64,000 bases of DNA from Paragordius varius. Its lineage: Eukaryota; Animalia; Nematomorpha. This document shows, piece by piece, positions 24,153-38,100 of this stretch; the first letter of the stretch is position 1, and each line of letters starts with the position of its first letter. The stretch is from assembly GCA_964247055.1 (NCBI GenBank), contig OZ176052.1:5518001-5582000 (forward strand), read 5' to 3'. The translations under genes were made by a program, and so were the position numbers. The notes under the pieces were generated by a model. That model was not told the DNA's origin, did not search any database, and saw nothing but the letters and a program-made list of their open reading frames with translations.

Positions 24153-26517
24153 ATGCAACTAATGCTTTACCGAGCAGCTTTGCTAAGGCCTAATGTTCTT
24201 CGGACTGCTTTTATTAATAATAACAATAATAGTAAAAATCATTTAATCAGGAACCTGCATAGTATATTTTAATTAATAAGTTTTAGTTTCTAACATAAAA
24301 TATGCAAAAAGTTTAGGATCGTTTTACAATCCCGCATACAAAAGAACGCTTTCAATCATCCCTGGTGTTTTATTTGTCGGAGGTTTTTTTGGAATTGTGG
24401 TTTGCTATGTGGAATCGGTAAATTTATATGTATAGCCAAAGTTTTATTTTTGGTATAAAAATCCTCAATTTTTTGCCGAAGAGGAGGATGGAAATGGAGA
24501 GCGTATCAAACGGAAAATAACTAATTTTTTTAAACAAATGCCGCCCAATAACATAAATTTGTCCAGTTTAAATGTTGAAGCTAAGCAAGAAAATATTGTT
24601 GATATTAATAATAATAAAGGTGATTAATTTTATAAGAATATCATCGCACTCAATGTTTTGTTGAAATAAATAAAATTTATTATTTATTTTTTATTACATA
24701 GATTTTCCTTCGCATTCAGACTACATTTTGATAGGGGCAGGGTTAGCATCTTTTGCGGCAGCACGGTCTATTAGAATTAATAATCCAAACGCAAAAGTAT
24801 TAAAATTAAATTTAAAAGTACACTTTTCAAGATTTTTTAAGTTCGACACTTTTAATATTATATAAAAAATATATTATTATAATTGAAGCTTAATTATAAT
24901 AATAAACTTTTCATACATATACATTATAATTACTTTTAATATGTTAAAGGAATTTCATCCTTAATCCTTTAATTTTCAAATATTTTGAATCTCAAAACAA
25001 TCGTTCACCATGTTAATATTTCTGGGCTGAATTAACTTATAATTGTAATTAATTTTTTTTAGTTTATTCATAATTTCTGTTTATTTACTACAATTTAATG
25101 GAAATAAACGATTTTTGTTTTTGAGTTACTGGTAAAAAATGTATTTAAATAAAAATTTAACACTTCATTACCTTTTCTTTTGTCAAAGTTTACCTTTAGA
25201 CTAGTTGTATATCCCAGAGCTCAATTTCGCGAATAAAGTACAGTTTTGAAAGTTATTTTATTATTTATTAACATTGTTTTCATGCATTAGATAAAGCTTA
25301 TATTTTTTACAGTTGAGCCTAAAATTGAGATAGCTTCAAAACGATTGAAACGAACAGCTGATATTAAAATCAAATTATATTAAGTTGCTGGTAAAATGTA
25401 GCCTGAAAGCTTCATAAAGTTAATTATTTACACATCTTAACCATAATATACATTTGTTCTCCTGTTGCATTAGCGATTGCAAAAATTAATAATGGCGGCC
25501 AAAAAGTTGGGAATGGAATTTTTACATTGTTATATTTTTTAAATTATTTTGTAATATGCCCTTAAAAGGCTAAAGAAAGAATTTTTTTAAAATCGGCTTA
25601 ATATCCTACATCCTTTTTAAGATATGCAAATTTTAAATCAAAACTATCCCAAAAGGTAATGGACTGTTAATGAAAGAAGTCTTAAAGATTAAAAAAACGT
25701 TATTATTTAATAATTACACAAAAATATTTCCGAAATCACAGGTAATATAACTGCAAAAAGGATAAGCTAACGCTAAAACATATATTTAACATCAACAATT
25801 AATAATTAATTTTACCTAGTTACATAAGGATTAATTTATTTATAAAAGTATAAACGCGAATTTGAAATTTTTTAAGGGTGATGAAGTGTAAAGTGTATTC
25901 GTATCACTTCAATTTGCAAATTTTATCCATGCGTTTTTCAGTTTTTGATTAAAAATTTAGATACTCATGATAGGCGATGAAGAGGAGAGACCATACATAC
26001 GCCCACCCCTTTCCAAAGATCTTTGGTTTGAAATTGATGAAAATTTAAGTTTGGACCTAAAATATAAATCATGGTCCGGAAAATCTAAAAGGTTAGATAA
26101 TTATCAATTTCGGTAAGAGTTATTCTTTAAATTCAAAAAAAACATTTCTCAGAACAAATTTGTCGGAAATGTTTATTTGATTCAAACAGTTTAATTTAGT
26201 GTCATTAAATGAATTTTCTGGTTTAGATTGCTTCTGCAAAATCTATAAAAACCATTTGTTATTAGATGCATATTTTATTGTTTGTTTTTGTAAATTTCCA
26301 ATAGCATTTATCTCGAACCAGCAATGTTTTTCGATAAAATTGAAGATTATGATAAGTTGGAGCGTGGTGGAATATTTCTTGCTAATAACACAAAGGTAAC
26401 ATATATTAAATGTTTCTAATGCTGTTTAAAATGATAAAAGCCTTTATATAATAAGAATGAATGATTGATATATCGCTTTATTTTAAAAAATATATTTTCT
26501 ATGATTACCCTTTTAAT

Positions 26518-26561
<44 letters not shown>

Positions 26562-29500
26562 TTTAAATTTTATTTATACTTGATAATTTTGCAATAATTT
26601 TAATTGTTGTTTTACAACCTATTAATTCAAACTGCGACTTATAAATTAGTAAACCTTAGATAGCGAAGCTATATGAAATAGCCCAATTTTGTAAAAAAAA
26701 TTGTTACCTTTATATTATATTACCTAGGTTACCAATTTAGATATGTCAAATTTGACTCTCACATTAAACAATGGGAAAACTATTAGCTTCAAAAAATGCC
26801 TAATCGCTACCGGTAAAGACCTTAAAACAATCTAAGAATTTTTAATTAATCACAATAATTTAGAATCTTTAAATTTATTTAAAATTAGGTGGTACTCCCA
26901 AAAAGTTGGATTGTTTAGGCGAAGATACGAATTCACAAACTCATATTACTTATTTTCGAACGGTAATACTTTACAGTAATAAATTTCATAAGAAAATTTA
27001 TTTTAGTAAAAGGTTAACTAATTATTTTAATTTCTTTCTAATATTTATATTTATCACAATAGGCCAAAGACTATTTAGATCTCATAACGCGTCTTCATAA
27101 CTTTTGCGAAAAAGTTAAAACAAATGACACTAAATCTAAGAAAACTGTTGCCATTTTAGGAGGGGGATTTTTGGGTTCCGAATTAGCCTCTAGCATAAAT
27201 CACAAATGTAAAATTTTTTTTACTTTATTTAAGTTGTCAAAAAATTTGTTTATATTAACAAACCGAAGCTTATAACTTTTTGATCGTTTGCAAAAAAATG
27301 TGCGGCGGTTCATAACGATAAAAAAATTAAATAATTTTTTGAATTTCAACCTTCAATATTGTTTTCTAATTTTTTTTCATTCTAAAAGTACATTTTATTT
27401 CAATATTTTTCAGTCTTATTGTGAATATGTAAATGATTAAGACGAGGAGAATTTTTTAAAATTTTCTAAGCGGAACCAAAGTTATTTTAACTGTAATCGT
27501 TCTTTTCATTATAAGAACGAGATCCATAATCAAAAAAATATATGTTAAAAATTTTTTTTTACCATAAATGTGAAACATTGTGTTTTATACAAAAGCATAT
27601 TCTTATATAATTAGTAGAAGAAATGAATCATCTCATAATTTGTATATAATCTTTCTTAAAGCAGCCCCTTATTAATATTTATGTATATGAAAGTAATTTT
27701 ATTTCTATAGTCCATGAAGGCATAAATACAATACAAATTATTGCCGGCGATGGGATTTTATCTAGAGTTTTGCCTCAATTTTTATGTCAATGGGTTACAT
27801 CGATAGTCAAAGACTGTAATTATATTTTATCACGTTTTTTTATAAAATTATAATATATACGCATTTTCGTAAAAAATATAATATAAATATTGTTTATTGA
27901 ATTAATATACATTTATAAACTAATCCAAAAATAATATTTGTCATTTTTTCGATGCATAAATTAGACGGTATCCAAATCATACCTCATTCAAAAATAAAAT
28001 CCGTGGCATACGATAAAACAAAGGACAATATATCATTAGAATTAACGAATTCACAAAAGGTATACTTTTTGTTATTAACTTACAAATTGCCTTATTTTCT
28101 CTTGATTATAACCATTTATCTCGATAAACCTGATGTATTTTATTCTTTATTTTATATTTTATAAATGATAGTTTTTATAAGCGAAAATGTTTTTAATACA
28201 AATTTCTAAGTATTTTTATTTTTTAATATGTATTTCGCTAAAATTCATTCCTCTTATATGGAACATTAAGTAAAGTATATCATCACGTAAATGCTTATAT
28301 AGCTATTGCTATATGGAATAATTGTTTTAGATTGGAACATTATTTTAATTTATATAATACCGGATTTTCTCTTAAAAATACTTTATTCGTTAATATTAAG
28401 TTTTAAAATATATTTTTTCAAAAAACAGTTATCAAACCTTGATTTTTTCTATATAACTTATATAGTAATTGTGAAGGCTGTAATTGAATTTGTTACCAAT
28501 TTACATCTTAATTTTTTATTTCGTTACCCAAAACGATAGGTACATCAAATTAATTAAGGTTTAAAAAAAATGATTTTCATTTTTTAAAAAATATTTGTCT
28601 TTAGCTTTTACGTTTTGGTTTTATATTTTATTTTTTAAAATAAATTTCTTTATGTATTATGGTCATTCTTTATTGTTTTGTCTTTTGCAGGGGATATTTT
28701 TTATATTAACAATAAAATATTAAAAAACATTAATAATGTATGGATGTAAGAAAAGAAACTGCGTTAATTTTAATTTTATAAGAAAAGTATATTATCGAAA
28801 TCATATTAATAAGCTTAAAAACTCTGTTTAAAACTATTACCAATTTTCCAACGCTACCTATTATTCTTAATAAATATATGTATTGAAATGTAACCTCTTT
28901 TTCCGTTTATGTATGTTAGATCGAATGTGATCATGTCATAGTTGCAATCGGTATTGAGCCGAATCTCAAATTTCTCAAAAATTCTGCGTCTTTTTTGAAA
29001 GTTGACAAAACTTTACGATATACTGATAATATTTGGGCGGTATATTTTATTTATTTTAATTTTTATATTTGTGGTTTATAATTTTTAGTGCAAATTATTT
29101 TAGCGATACTTTATGATATACCATTTACAATTCAAATTCACCCTTAAACAATTCAAATTTACTCTTGAACGATTTCAATTCACCCTTAAATAAAAATATG
29201 TTTTTTTAAGATTAAAATTTACCTATATTTTTATATATTTTTATATATTTTTAAAAAATAAAATTATGTTAAAATTAAAATAATATTGAAATAATAATAA
29301 ACTATGCCATAAAAAACACATAATTTATTTTTAGGGTGAATTTGAAGTGTCCAAGGGTGAATTTGATTTGTTTAAGGGTGAATTTGAACTATAAATGGTA
29401 TACTTTAATAAATGTTAGGCTGGAGATGTTATGATGGTTGAGGATGAGAATCAAAAAACAGTTTATCATCAAGAACATTATGATAATGCGACAAATAGTG

Positions 29501-32500
29501 GCCGTATTGCAGGATATAATATGAGTTCTGATGCCTTATTAGATGGCGTTAAGAAAAACCCTCTCGCGTTAGACACCCAACTCTCTTCGTTTTGGTAATA
29601 ATTTATATATAAAAACCCTATCTGAACACCCGATTGAATTTTATTGTCGATAGAGTTCTCTGAACTATAGCTAAATTGTTTTTTGGATAAAAAGGGACAA
29701 ACTTTAAAACTTAAACAAAAGCGTAGTTTGATTACCATCGTTATGATTACACTATTTTCTTCCATACCTCACCATAAACATTTTTATTTCATTGCGAAAA
29801 AGTTAAATCATAAATCATAGGTTATTAAATTACACATAATTTGCATTATGATACATTTACATTTTGATGAATTGATAAAATGTTGCATTTTAATTTTTTT
29901 TTCGTTTCAGGACTGACATTGGACCCAAAATTGGGTTCGAAGGGGTCGGTCATGTCGATTCATCTTTAACAACTCTGTCATACTTTGCTAAAGATATAGA
30001 TTCCGATGATAGCAATAAAAAACCAATGTTCAATACAACAAATGCAGAAAACGAAGTTATAGATAGAAAAATTTAGCTTAATAGATTTTGTGACGTTTAC
30101 AGTATGCATTTTAATGTATGTTCAGTAATTTTATTGCCAGTCCAATAACATAAATGGTTTATCAAATGCGTAAAATACTGACCCACGAAATTATTTCGTA
30201 GTACACATATGAAAGAGGATTGACGTGAGAATAAACATAGGCTTTAATTTGATGGATATTTCGTAATGTTAAATTTGAATATTATAGAAATTTATGTTAA
30301 CATTTGTAATATTTTAGAGTGATACAAATGTAATATCAGCAAATTAATAATAAATTTATTAATGTTTCGTTAGATTCATCTGTTGTTACGTATTTAGATG
30401 CGGAATTTTGTGTGTTTTCTTTGATAAATTAATAAATAGTAAAATACGTATTTTAAAATTTTTTATGTTAATTATTCCTAAATTTAATAATATATATTTT
30501 CAACATGCTAAATACCTGTATTAATTAATATTGGTATTATAATTTTATATAGTTGTTATTACTAATTAAAAAAACACAGGTAAATATATATTTGTGAAAA
30601 TTAAGTAGAATTTAGATTTTTGTCTTTTATGTTTTGCATTAGCATACAGGTAAAAATGGATGTTACGGTTTTAGGTTTGACATTTTATTTTCGAATCCAA
30701 CTTATATTTTAACAAACACCTTATGTCACCAAAGATTGAAAATAAGATCAAAATATAACCGCAATTTTTACCTGTATTTATTACAATGTCCAAAATATGT
30801 AGGTTAATTACAATTAACAATGCAAACCCCAAAAAATTTTTTTTACTAAATTTGTTAAAAACCGCAATTTTTACCTGTATTTATTATAATGTCCAAAATA
30901 TGTAGTAGTTAATTACAATTAACAATGCAAAACCTAAAAAACAAAAAAAAACTAAATTTTTACTAAATTTATTAAAAACCGCAATTTTTACCTGTAGTTA
31001 TTAAAATGTCCAAAATATGTAGTAATTGATTACAATTAACATTACATAATAAAAAACAAAAAAAATTAATTTTGACTAAATTTAAAAATCAAATTTTTAC
31101 CTGAGTAAATTGTTTGAAATACTTAAAAATTATTAATAATTAACAATGCAAAACATAAAAGACAAAAATCTAAATTCTACTTAAATTTTCACAAATATAT
31201 ATTTACCTATGTTTTTTTAATTAGTAATAACAACTATATAAAATTATAATACCAATATTGATTAATACAGGTATTTAGCATGTTGAAAAATATTTAGTAT
31301 TAAATTTAGGAATAATTAACATAAAAAATCTGAAAATACGTATTTTACTATTTATTAACACTGGACAACAAATTTTTCTGCCATTCGAGTTTTTTGAATT
31401 TTCTAATATTTAGTATCATTTTAACAATAAATCTGAAATAAAAATTATAACTCGTTGGAAGAATTTTGTATAATTTGATTTTTTTGATTATGCGCCCTCT
31501 TTATCAAAATTTTACTAAAAAATGTTTTTCTTTGAAAATATACAAGTAATGCCCATTTGTTATATATCATTCGAAAGAGTAATAAAAACTCTATAAAATG
31601 CATAATAATATGTATTACATCGACAGTTAATATTGGACACAAAGAGCGACAAACTCGCGAAGCGAGAGCATTTTTTTTAATTATTATATTTTTAAAACTA
31701 ATGGATGAAAATGGCTCAAACTTTGTTTAGATGATGATGAATGTGCAAAAATGATAACACAAGAAAGTTTTTTTGAATAAAACATTTTTTTATTGCTGTT
31801 ATGTCACTCAAAACAGCCATTTTTAAGTTTTTTGTTTTTTAAAAACTACCATCTCATCAATATTAATTTATTTTCTTTATAATGTTAATTTTAAAGATAA
31901 AAAAAAATTTTAAGGTATTTTTGATCTTTTATAGCCATTATGTAATAAATTTTCAGTTATAACTATGCATTTTAGTATCCACTAGGTAAAATATTTATGA
32001 TAATAATAATTTTTATTAAAAAAGCAAGCCAAAAGCTTTTTCAAACATTTTTTTTAAATTAAATACTAATATATCCCTAATAATTATATTAAAATAATTT
32101 ATATGATTTTCAAATTAGTTTGAAAGTGAAAATTCTTGACTTATTTAAGGATTGAAAATTTCGACCTTTTAAATCCAAATAACTTTTACATCCGATTGAT
32201 TTAAATGACTTACTACCATTTAAAATATGCAGTTTTTTGCGCTCTTTCGAATGATATAAAATACTTGGCTTCATATCTTAAACTTTTAATTTTTGAAATT
32301 TCGAGTTTAATGTTAAATCGGGGCCAAAAATTATCAATAAACTCTAATATAAGAAAATTCTTCCAAGCTAGACCAATTTTCTTTTCAGATTTACTAATTA
32401 TGTACTTTAATTAAATTAATTTTAAATTTACAAGAATGGCAGTTAAAAAAAGTTAAAATTTGTTGTCTAGTGTAATTTATCAAAGATAAAAACACACAAA

Positions 32501-33774
32501 ATTCCGCATCTAAATACGTAACAACAATATTACAAATGTTAACATAAATTGCTATAATATTCTCAAAATTTAACATTACAAAATATCCATCAAATTAAAG
32601 CCTATGTTAATTCTCACGTCAACCTCTTTCATATGTGTACTACGAAATAATTTCGTGGGTCAATATTTTACGCATTGGATAAACCATTTATGTTATTGGA
32701 CTGGCAATAAAATTACTGAACATACATTAAAATGCATACTGTATTATTGCGTTTATTTATATGACCCATTTTATGTTGCTGTTTTTGGTTTGTTAATCTG
32801 GTCAATAATTACTGTTAACGGTAACTTTACTTATCAATAACATATACGATAATTGTTTTTAAGGTTTTTTTCGATTTAATAATAAAATATTTGCGTAAAG
32901 GGAACTGATACGGCTTAAAATAAGAAAGACAGATAAAACTTCAAACTTATTTCAAATTCACAAATGAAAATGGATATTTTCTAAATCTGAGCAAATAATC
33001 ATAATGTATAGCCATATCTTCTTATTTCCACATATTGTATATGAAACTACCGAATTTTCCGTTTTAATTTAATGGTTTAATGTTAAAATTATATTAATTG
33101 ATCTGTACGGTGAAAATAGGTCAATGTCGATGACGTAAATTACAAAAAAGGTGTAGTTTTTTACATGGATAATGATCAAATAGTTGGAATATTGACTGTC
33201 AACTTGGATGGTCAACAAGATGTTGCTAAAAGGGTATGGAAAAAAGCGATATATTTAATAATTTAACATAAAAATTAGATATTTTTTAAAACAATATCTT
33301 AGGGATTGAGTAATTTTTTATACGATATATCACCATAATAATAATTTAAATAATTAAACAAAACGTAAAAGTTAAAATACAAATATTTATTTTAAAAATA
33401 CAGCCATACTTTTATCAAACCCCAATTTTTTTTATATATCTTTTAATTAGAGTATGTTACAGATTTACATCTCTATACCATATTTTGCAACTCAAAAAAA
33501 GGTTATATTGAAAAATGAAAGTTTTGAAAAGTATGGATGGCTGCTTTAATTAAAAAAATATTTTCTTTTTTTTGTTTTGTCTTTATTATAAGTTAAATTT
33601 TTAATGTAACTATGATCGCAATTATATAAGATAATCTTAATATATATTAATATTTTATAGATTATTAAAATGAATACGAAAAACCCAAATGTGGATGAAT
33701 TAGCAAAATTATTTGATATATACGATTTACCACACGATAAAGCCATTGAAAATGAAGGCCTCCCACCACACTAA
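24153..33774 (+). CDS. AIFM1: Apoptosis-inducing factor 1 (mitochondrial FAD/NADH oxidoreductase), multi-exon
   Basis: Presequence-like MQLMLYRAALLRPNVLR; TM IIPGVLFVGGFFGIVV; ILIGAGLASFAAARSIR; PYIRPPLSKDLWF; KKCLIATGGTP; ILGGGFLGSELA; DHVIVAIGIEPN; IWAAGD; EHYDNATNSGRIAG; SFWTDIGP; KGVVFY; last exon ...DELAKLFDI...PPH*. Confidence 0.95.
25161..25666. mobile_element. piggyBac-like MITE family 2 (AIFM1 intron)
   Basis: TTAA|CACTTCATTACCTTTT...AAAAGGTAATGGACTG|TTAA. Confidence 0.8.
29119..29400. mobile_element. Hairpin MITE with subterminal AATTCACCCT repeats (copy 2, AIFM1 intron)
   Basis: TA|TACCATTT...AAATGGTA|TA; three repeats in each arm. Confidence 0.75.
30757..31135 (+). repeat. ~3.5 tandem units of ~103-117 bp at the foldback centre
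   Basis: aaccgcaatttttacctgta...tgtccaaaatatgtag starts at 30757, ~30860 and 30977; degenerate unit at ~31087. Confidence 0.85.
31359..32472. mobile_element. Non-autonomous CMC (Chapaev3/CACTA-like) element, 1114 bp
   Basis: TAA|CACTGGACAACAAATTT...AAATTTGTTGTCTAGTG|TAA; 3-bp TSD confirmed by the empty site in the opposite foldback arm. Confidence 0.8.
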
Positions 33775-34014
33775 ATAATAAACATTGCAATTATTATAAC
33801 AATTATAAAGCATCTCGTATCCAATCATACATCAATCATGTTGTTTATAAAATAAATTTTTGAGACAAATATGGCTTAAACTTGTCTTATGTATCATTTT
33901 CCCAATAATTTAAACCTAAACGGTAATACCCTATTTTTAGCAGGTAATATAACAAAAAAATGTAAAAAGATTATAAGATAAGTAATATTTCATACGATAT
34001 TAACATATTTATTA

Positions 34015-35082
34015 TTAATAGCTGGCTAATACATTATAAAAATGATAAATTTCCTCTTTATCGTACATGGCTACTTCTGTACGACAAACTCCACAATAAA
34101 CTTGTTTATAGATGTCACCATTAACCATTTCATTGTCCGTAGATTTGGAATCAAGTGCTTCTCCTACAAAATAAATTGAAATATTCGTATTTTAAATAAG
34201 TTACAAAAACTATCAAATATCATACCTTGTTTAACGAATTCGATAAAATTGTTGTTGTTTAGGTTTTTATGCCTTTTCGATTTCTTTTTATGGTTTGTTT
34301 CAAGGGAAGGGTATGTAATGGTTTTAGTTTCATCAATGTCACAATTTTGAACAAACATAGCTCGATACTGTGATTTATAGGTTTCATGCCTAATTAAAAA
34401 TATTAAGTTTGGTAAAATTGTAAAAGGTATAAGAAAAAGATATAAAATATTTTCCAGTTCCTTAAAAACGGACAATTTCTGACAAACAAACCTTGACAAA
34501 GATATTTAAAAGTATAAATTTGGTTAATTAGGTCATATGTCATTATAGATAATTTTGTTGTTTTTGTTAGAAGAATCATAAAACCACGATTGATAATTAC
34601 CGTTGGCAGTCTAAACACAGTAATGACATGCAACATGGACAATTTAAAACAGCATCTGAGTTGGGTAGTGGTTTATGTTTCTCACTTTTAATATATTTTC
34701 TTCGAACATTGTTTATCCAATCCTCATTTTCCTCATCATTATTGTTATCGTACAAAAAATCGTCCTCATGCGTTATAAAAGAGTTGGGGTTAGTATTGGT
34801 CCCTTCATTTTGATGATGAGACTGTATGAGGTTATCTTCATAATTTTTGCAAATTTCATTTAACTCATTGGACATGGTTTGTTCAAAAGATTGGACACTT
34901 ATTTTATCCAGGCTTTCGTTTGATTTGAAATGTCGAATACCATTTTTATCACGTAAAAATATATCCACATCAGGAACGTCATTATCCGAACTAAATAAAA
35001 CATTAACAAACAAATACCTTAGCGAAGATTCTTCCGAATTCTCATCGCATAAATAATCCCAATCTATTTGAGATTTATCCAT
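34015..35082 (-). CDS. EAPP: E2F-associated phosphoprotein, 3 exons
   Basis: DFLYD...DEENEDWIN; NSDAVLNCPCCMSLLCLDCQR|HETYKSQYRAMFVQNC; YKQVYCGVCRTEVAMYDKEEIYHFYNVLASY*. Confidence 0.93.
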
Positions 35083-35149
35083 TTAATTTTTTAGATCATA
35101 TTGTGCGCCCTACGCATAAAGGTTTTATTTAAAAAAGACACGCTGCATT

Positions 35150-38100
35150 ATGGAATGGGAAACTGTTGGCAAGAAAAATAAGAAAAAGCAACCAGATATA
35201 ATAAAAAATGACATTTTAAGTTTGTTATACAATAATATATTAGGCCCCAGTGTTTTCAATGGATTAGATGATAAAAAAACTAATAAAAGTGAGAAGGTGA
35301 AATCTGCTAAACCCACCAATAAGATACACTCACGAAATGAAACTCCTAAAACAGTTACCCCGAAATTATTGAAAGACGCTTTGCAAAATGTAAAATTTTT
35401 ATAATTAATTTTAAAGTTTGATTGTGATGCATTGAGAGAATTATATAATAATAGCTATGATCTTTTCCCAAACAATTCCATTGTCTGGTTAAAAGATATA
35501 TCATTCTTTATATCTAAGAAATTGGAAGTTTCTCAAATCACTTCGTTAATGTATGCTGATTATCATGGTAATTCATTTATATTAAATATTAACTTTCAAT
35601 AAAGTTACACCAATCATATATTTTATATTTAACATTTGGATACAACACATTCATTTTAGTCCTTTGATTCAAATTGGGGTAGAATACCCCAGGCCTGTTT
35701 AAAATTAAATTCTTTAGAAAATATGGAAGGAATCGAAACCATGGCAAAATCTTGCACTTATATAACATTAATAAACCGAAAAATATAAAAAAATTTATTC
35801 AAAAATACTTGATATTACTTATTTTAAGCTAAAACCGAAAGGTAAAAATTTAGTCAACGTGACATGCGTGGAATGGTAAAATTGAAAAAGAATACAAAAT
35901 AAATAGCGTTTTCTATTTCTATCAATGTTAGATGTAATTTAAATAAAAAATTATCTTTAATTTTACCCTAATGAAGACGATATTTTGCAAAAATTTTGTA
36001 AAATAAAAATGGCGTCGAAGTAGTTTGACATGGAACTTTTTTTTCAAAACAAAATTTTATTTAGATATTTTGGCATATTTATATAATTTTTATTAGGATA
36101 GAAGTTTAAATTTAAATTGGGACCGTTTCCTTCAATTTTTTAAAAATCTAATTCAAATTTAGTCTGGGGTATTTAGATACCCCAATTTAAATCGAAGTGT
36201 TAATAAAATGTGATAACACAAATCCATATCAGATTTTCCTTGCAAATCGGATCTACAGTCTATGTTAAGTACCTGTGATAATTCTGGACTTTTAGCTTAC
36301 ATTGAGTTTTTCATCAGCCATTGTGCCAAAGATTCCAAAGGTATTTTTTTTAAAATAAAAAATTACTGTTTTATTTAATCATTTAATAAATTTTTATATT
36401 ATCTAGAAAATACAATGCATGGCCATAAATTAATGATTCAGCAATTAATGGATTTTAAACCGTCCCTGATTGTCGACCATATGGATGTGGTATTTTTTTC
36501 GTTTTGATCAATTTTTACCCTTTTTTATTTTACTTTAATATATTTTTCTAATAATTTTGATTGATTTTACGTCATAGCTAGCTAAAAATAGGATCGTTTT
36601 TGATTATCATGTTATAATTGATATTAGTACCCATTGTTTATTTTAGAGCCTCCAATTGATTTTAAAATAGAATATATATATTATTTTTATTTAAATAGTT
36701 TTTCCTTCCTCTATTTTAGATTAAGGAAAATTTGGACCAAAATATCAATAAACCACAAAAATGTTTACCTATATTTTGGATGATAATGCAAATCTCTCCA
36801 CAATCTCATTTTTATGAGGCATTGTTTGGTAATGTAAAATATATTTGTTTTTTTTATCTATTTATTATTGTAAAAATTCTCTTCTTATGGTAAGTTTTTT
36901 AAATAAAAGCGCATTTATAATCTAATTAGGTTATCATGCATAGATTTTTAAAATACGGTTGTCATCGTTTTTTAAGATACAACCATTTCCTTTTAAGTAT
37001 ACTTTCGCATCAATATATAACAATAATCTTTGAAATTTTCTCGATGAGTTAATGATACTCTTTAGTTTTAAGATCGTCCGTTATTCTTATAAATTTTATA
37101 CATATTTATATATTAATTCTAATATTCTGAAAATAAAGTTTAAATTTAGTTTTTATAATGGTTATAACACGGCGGATAACTGTTGTTTTCCCCACAATCT
37201 CTGTTTTTAATTTCATCTATTATTATCATAATCTTTTATATTTTGTCTATGTTTCTGGTAACTTATTAAAGAGGAAAGTTTGAGTTTGAGAATGCGCTGG
37301 ATATTTCATTAAAAAATGCCAAACTACAAAATGCTGTATTATTATTATTTTTTAGCTTTTGTAAAAATGGTATTTAACTTGAATGTTTTTTTTTAAATAA
37401 ATGATTAAAAATTTAAACGCCAAATAAAGCTTTAATAATTTATAGAAAAAAAGTTTAAAAAGAGTTTTTAGGTTCTAATTATCTTGTTAAATTATGGTAA
37501 TAATTTTAAATTTAAATTAAGTTATCTGTTTTACATTTTGAATTATCGAAGTTTGTTGTAATCTATATATTTAGAAGGGATATTTAAACGTACCAGCACA
37601 GATAGAGTGATTTAATATACTTGGCAAAACTATGAGTTTTATAGCTAAAATTTATGATTTTGAGTTAAGTGAAAACAAAAACATTCATTGACATACTTTT
37701 AAAATAGTAAGCTTCTTAAATACTCCCTTTTTAAAAAAACCATGGTTAGTGAAAATATTAGCTCTATTAACTAACAAAAATGAAATTATTTATATTAATA
37801 CAGTCATGTATCCTTTATTTTATCCAAAAAAAATTTTTCGTTAAATGGGTATAAATATTTGGTAAAGATTGGAAAAAAACAAGAGCTCTATAATATTAAC
37901 AATATCATATTCATTAAAAAAGTATAAAAATTACCATAGAGCTCTTGTTCTTTCCATTCTTTACCAAATATTTATACCCATTTAACGAAAAAAAATAAAT
38001 TTTTGATAAAATAAAGGATACATGACTATATATTTTGGTCGATGCGTTTGCTATATGTCGGACGTATTAAAATTTAAATTTTTATTGTTTACCTTATATT

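Larger units (their letters stand above)
30100..32741. mobile_element. TA-flanked foldback element with central tandem repeats, interrupted by a nested element
   Basis: TA|CAGTATGCATTTTAATG...CATTAAAATGCATACTG|TA. Left arm ~30100-30640 pairs with 31140-31358 plus 32473-32741. Confidence 0.85.

Noticed and set aside
24418-24435. 18-nt intron in AIFM1
   Set aside because: In frame and GT-AG, but other in-frame donors (24400, 24409) and acceptors (24441, 24483) give 24-66 nt introns, and no homology fixes the junction.
30757-31135. Regularly spaced repeats as a CRISPR array
   Set aside because: The whole ~110-bp units are similar, with no unique spacers; eukaryotic intron, no cas genes.
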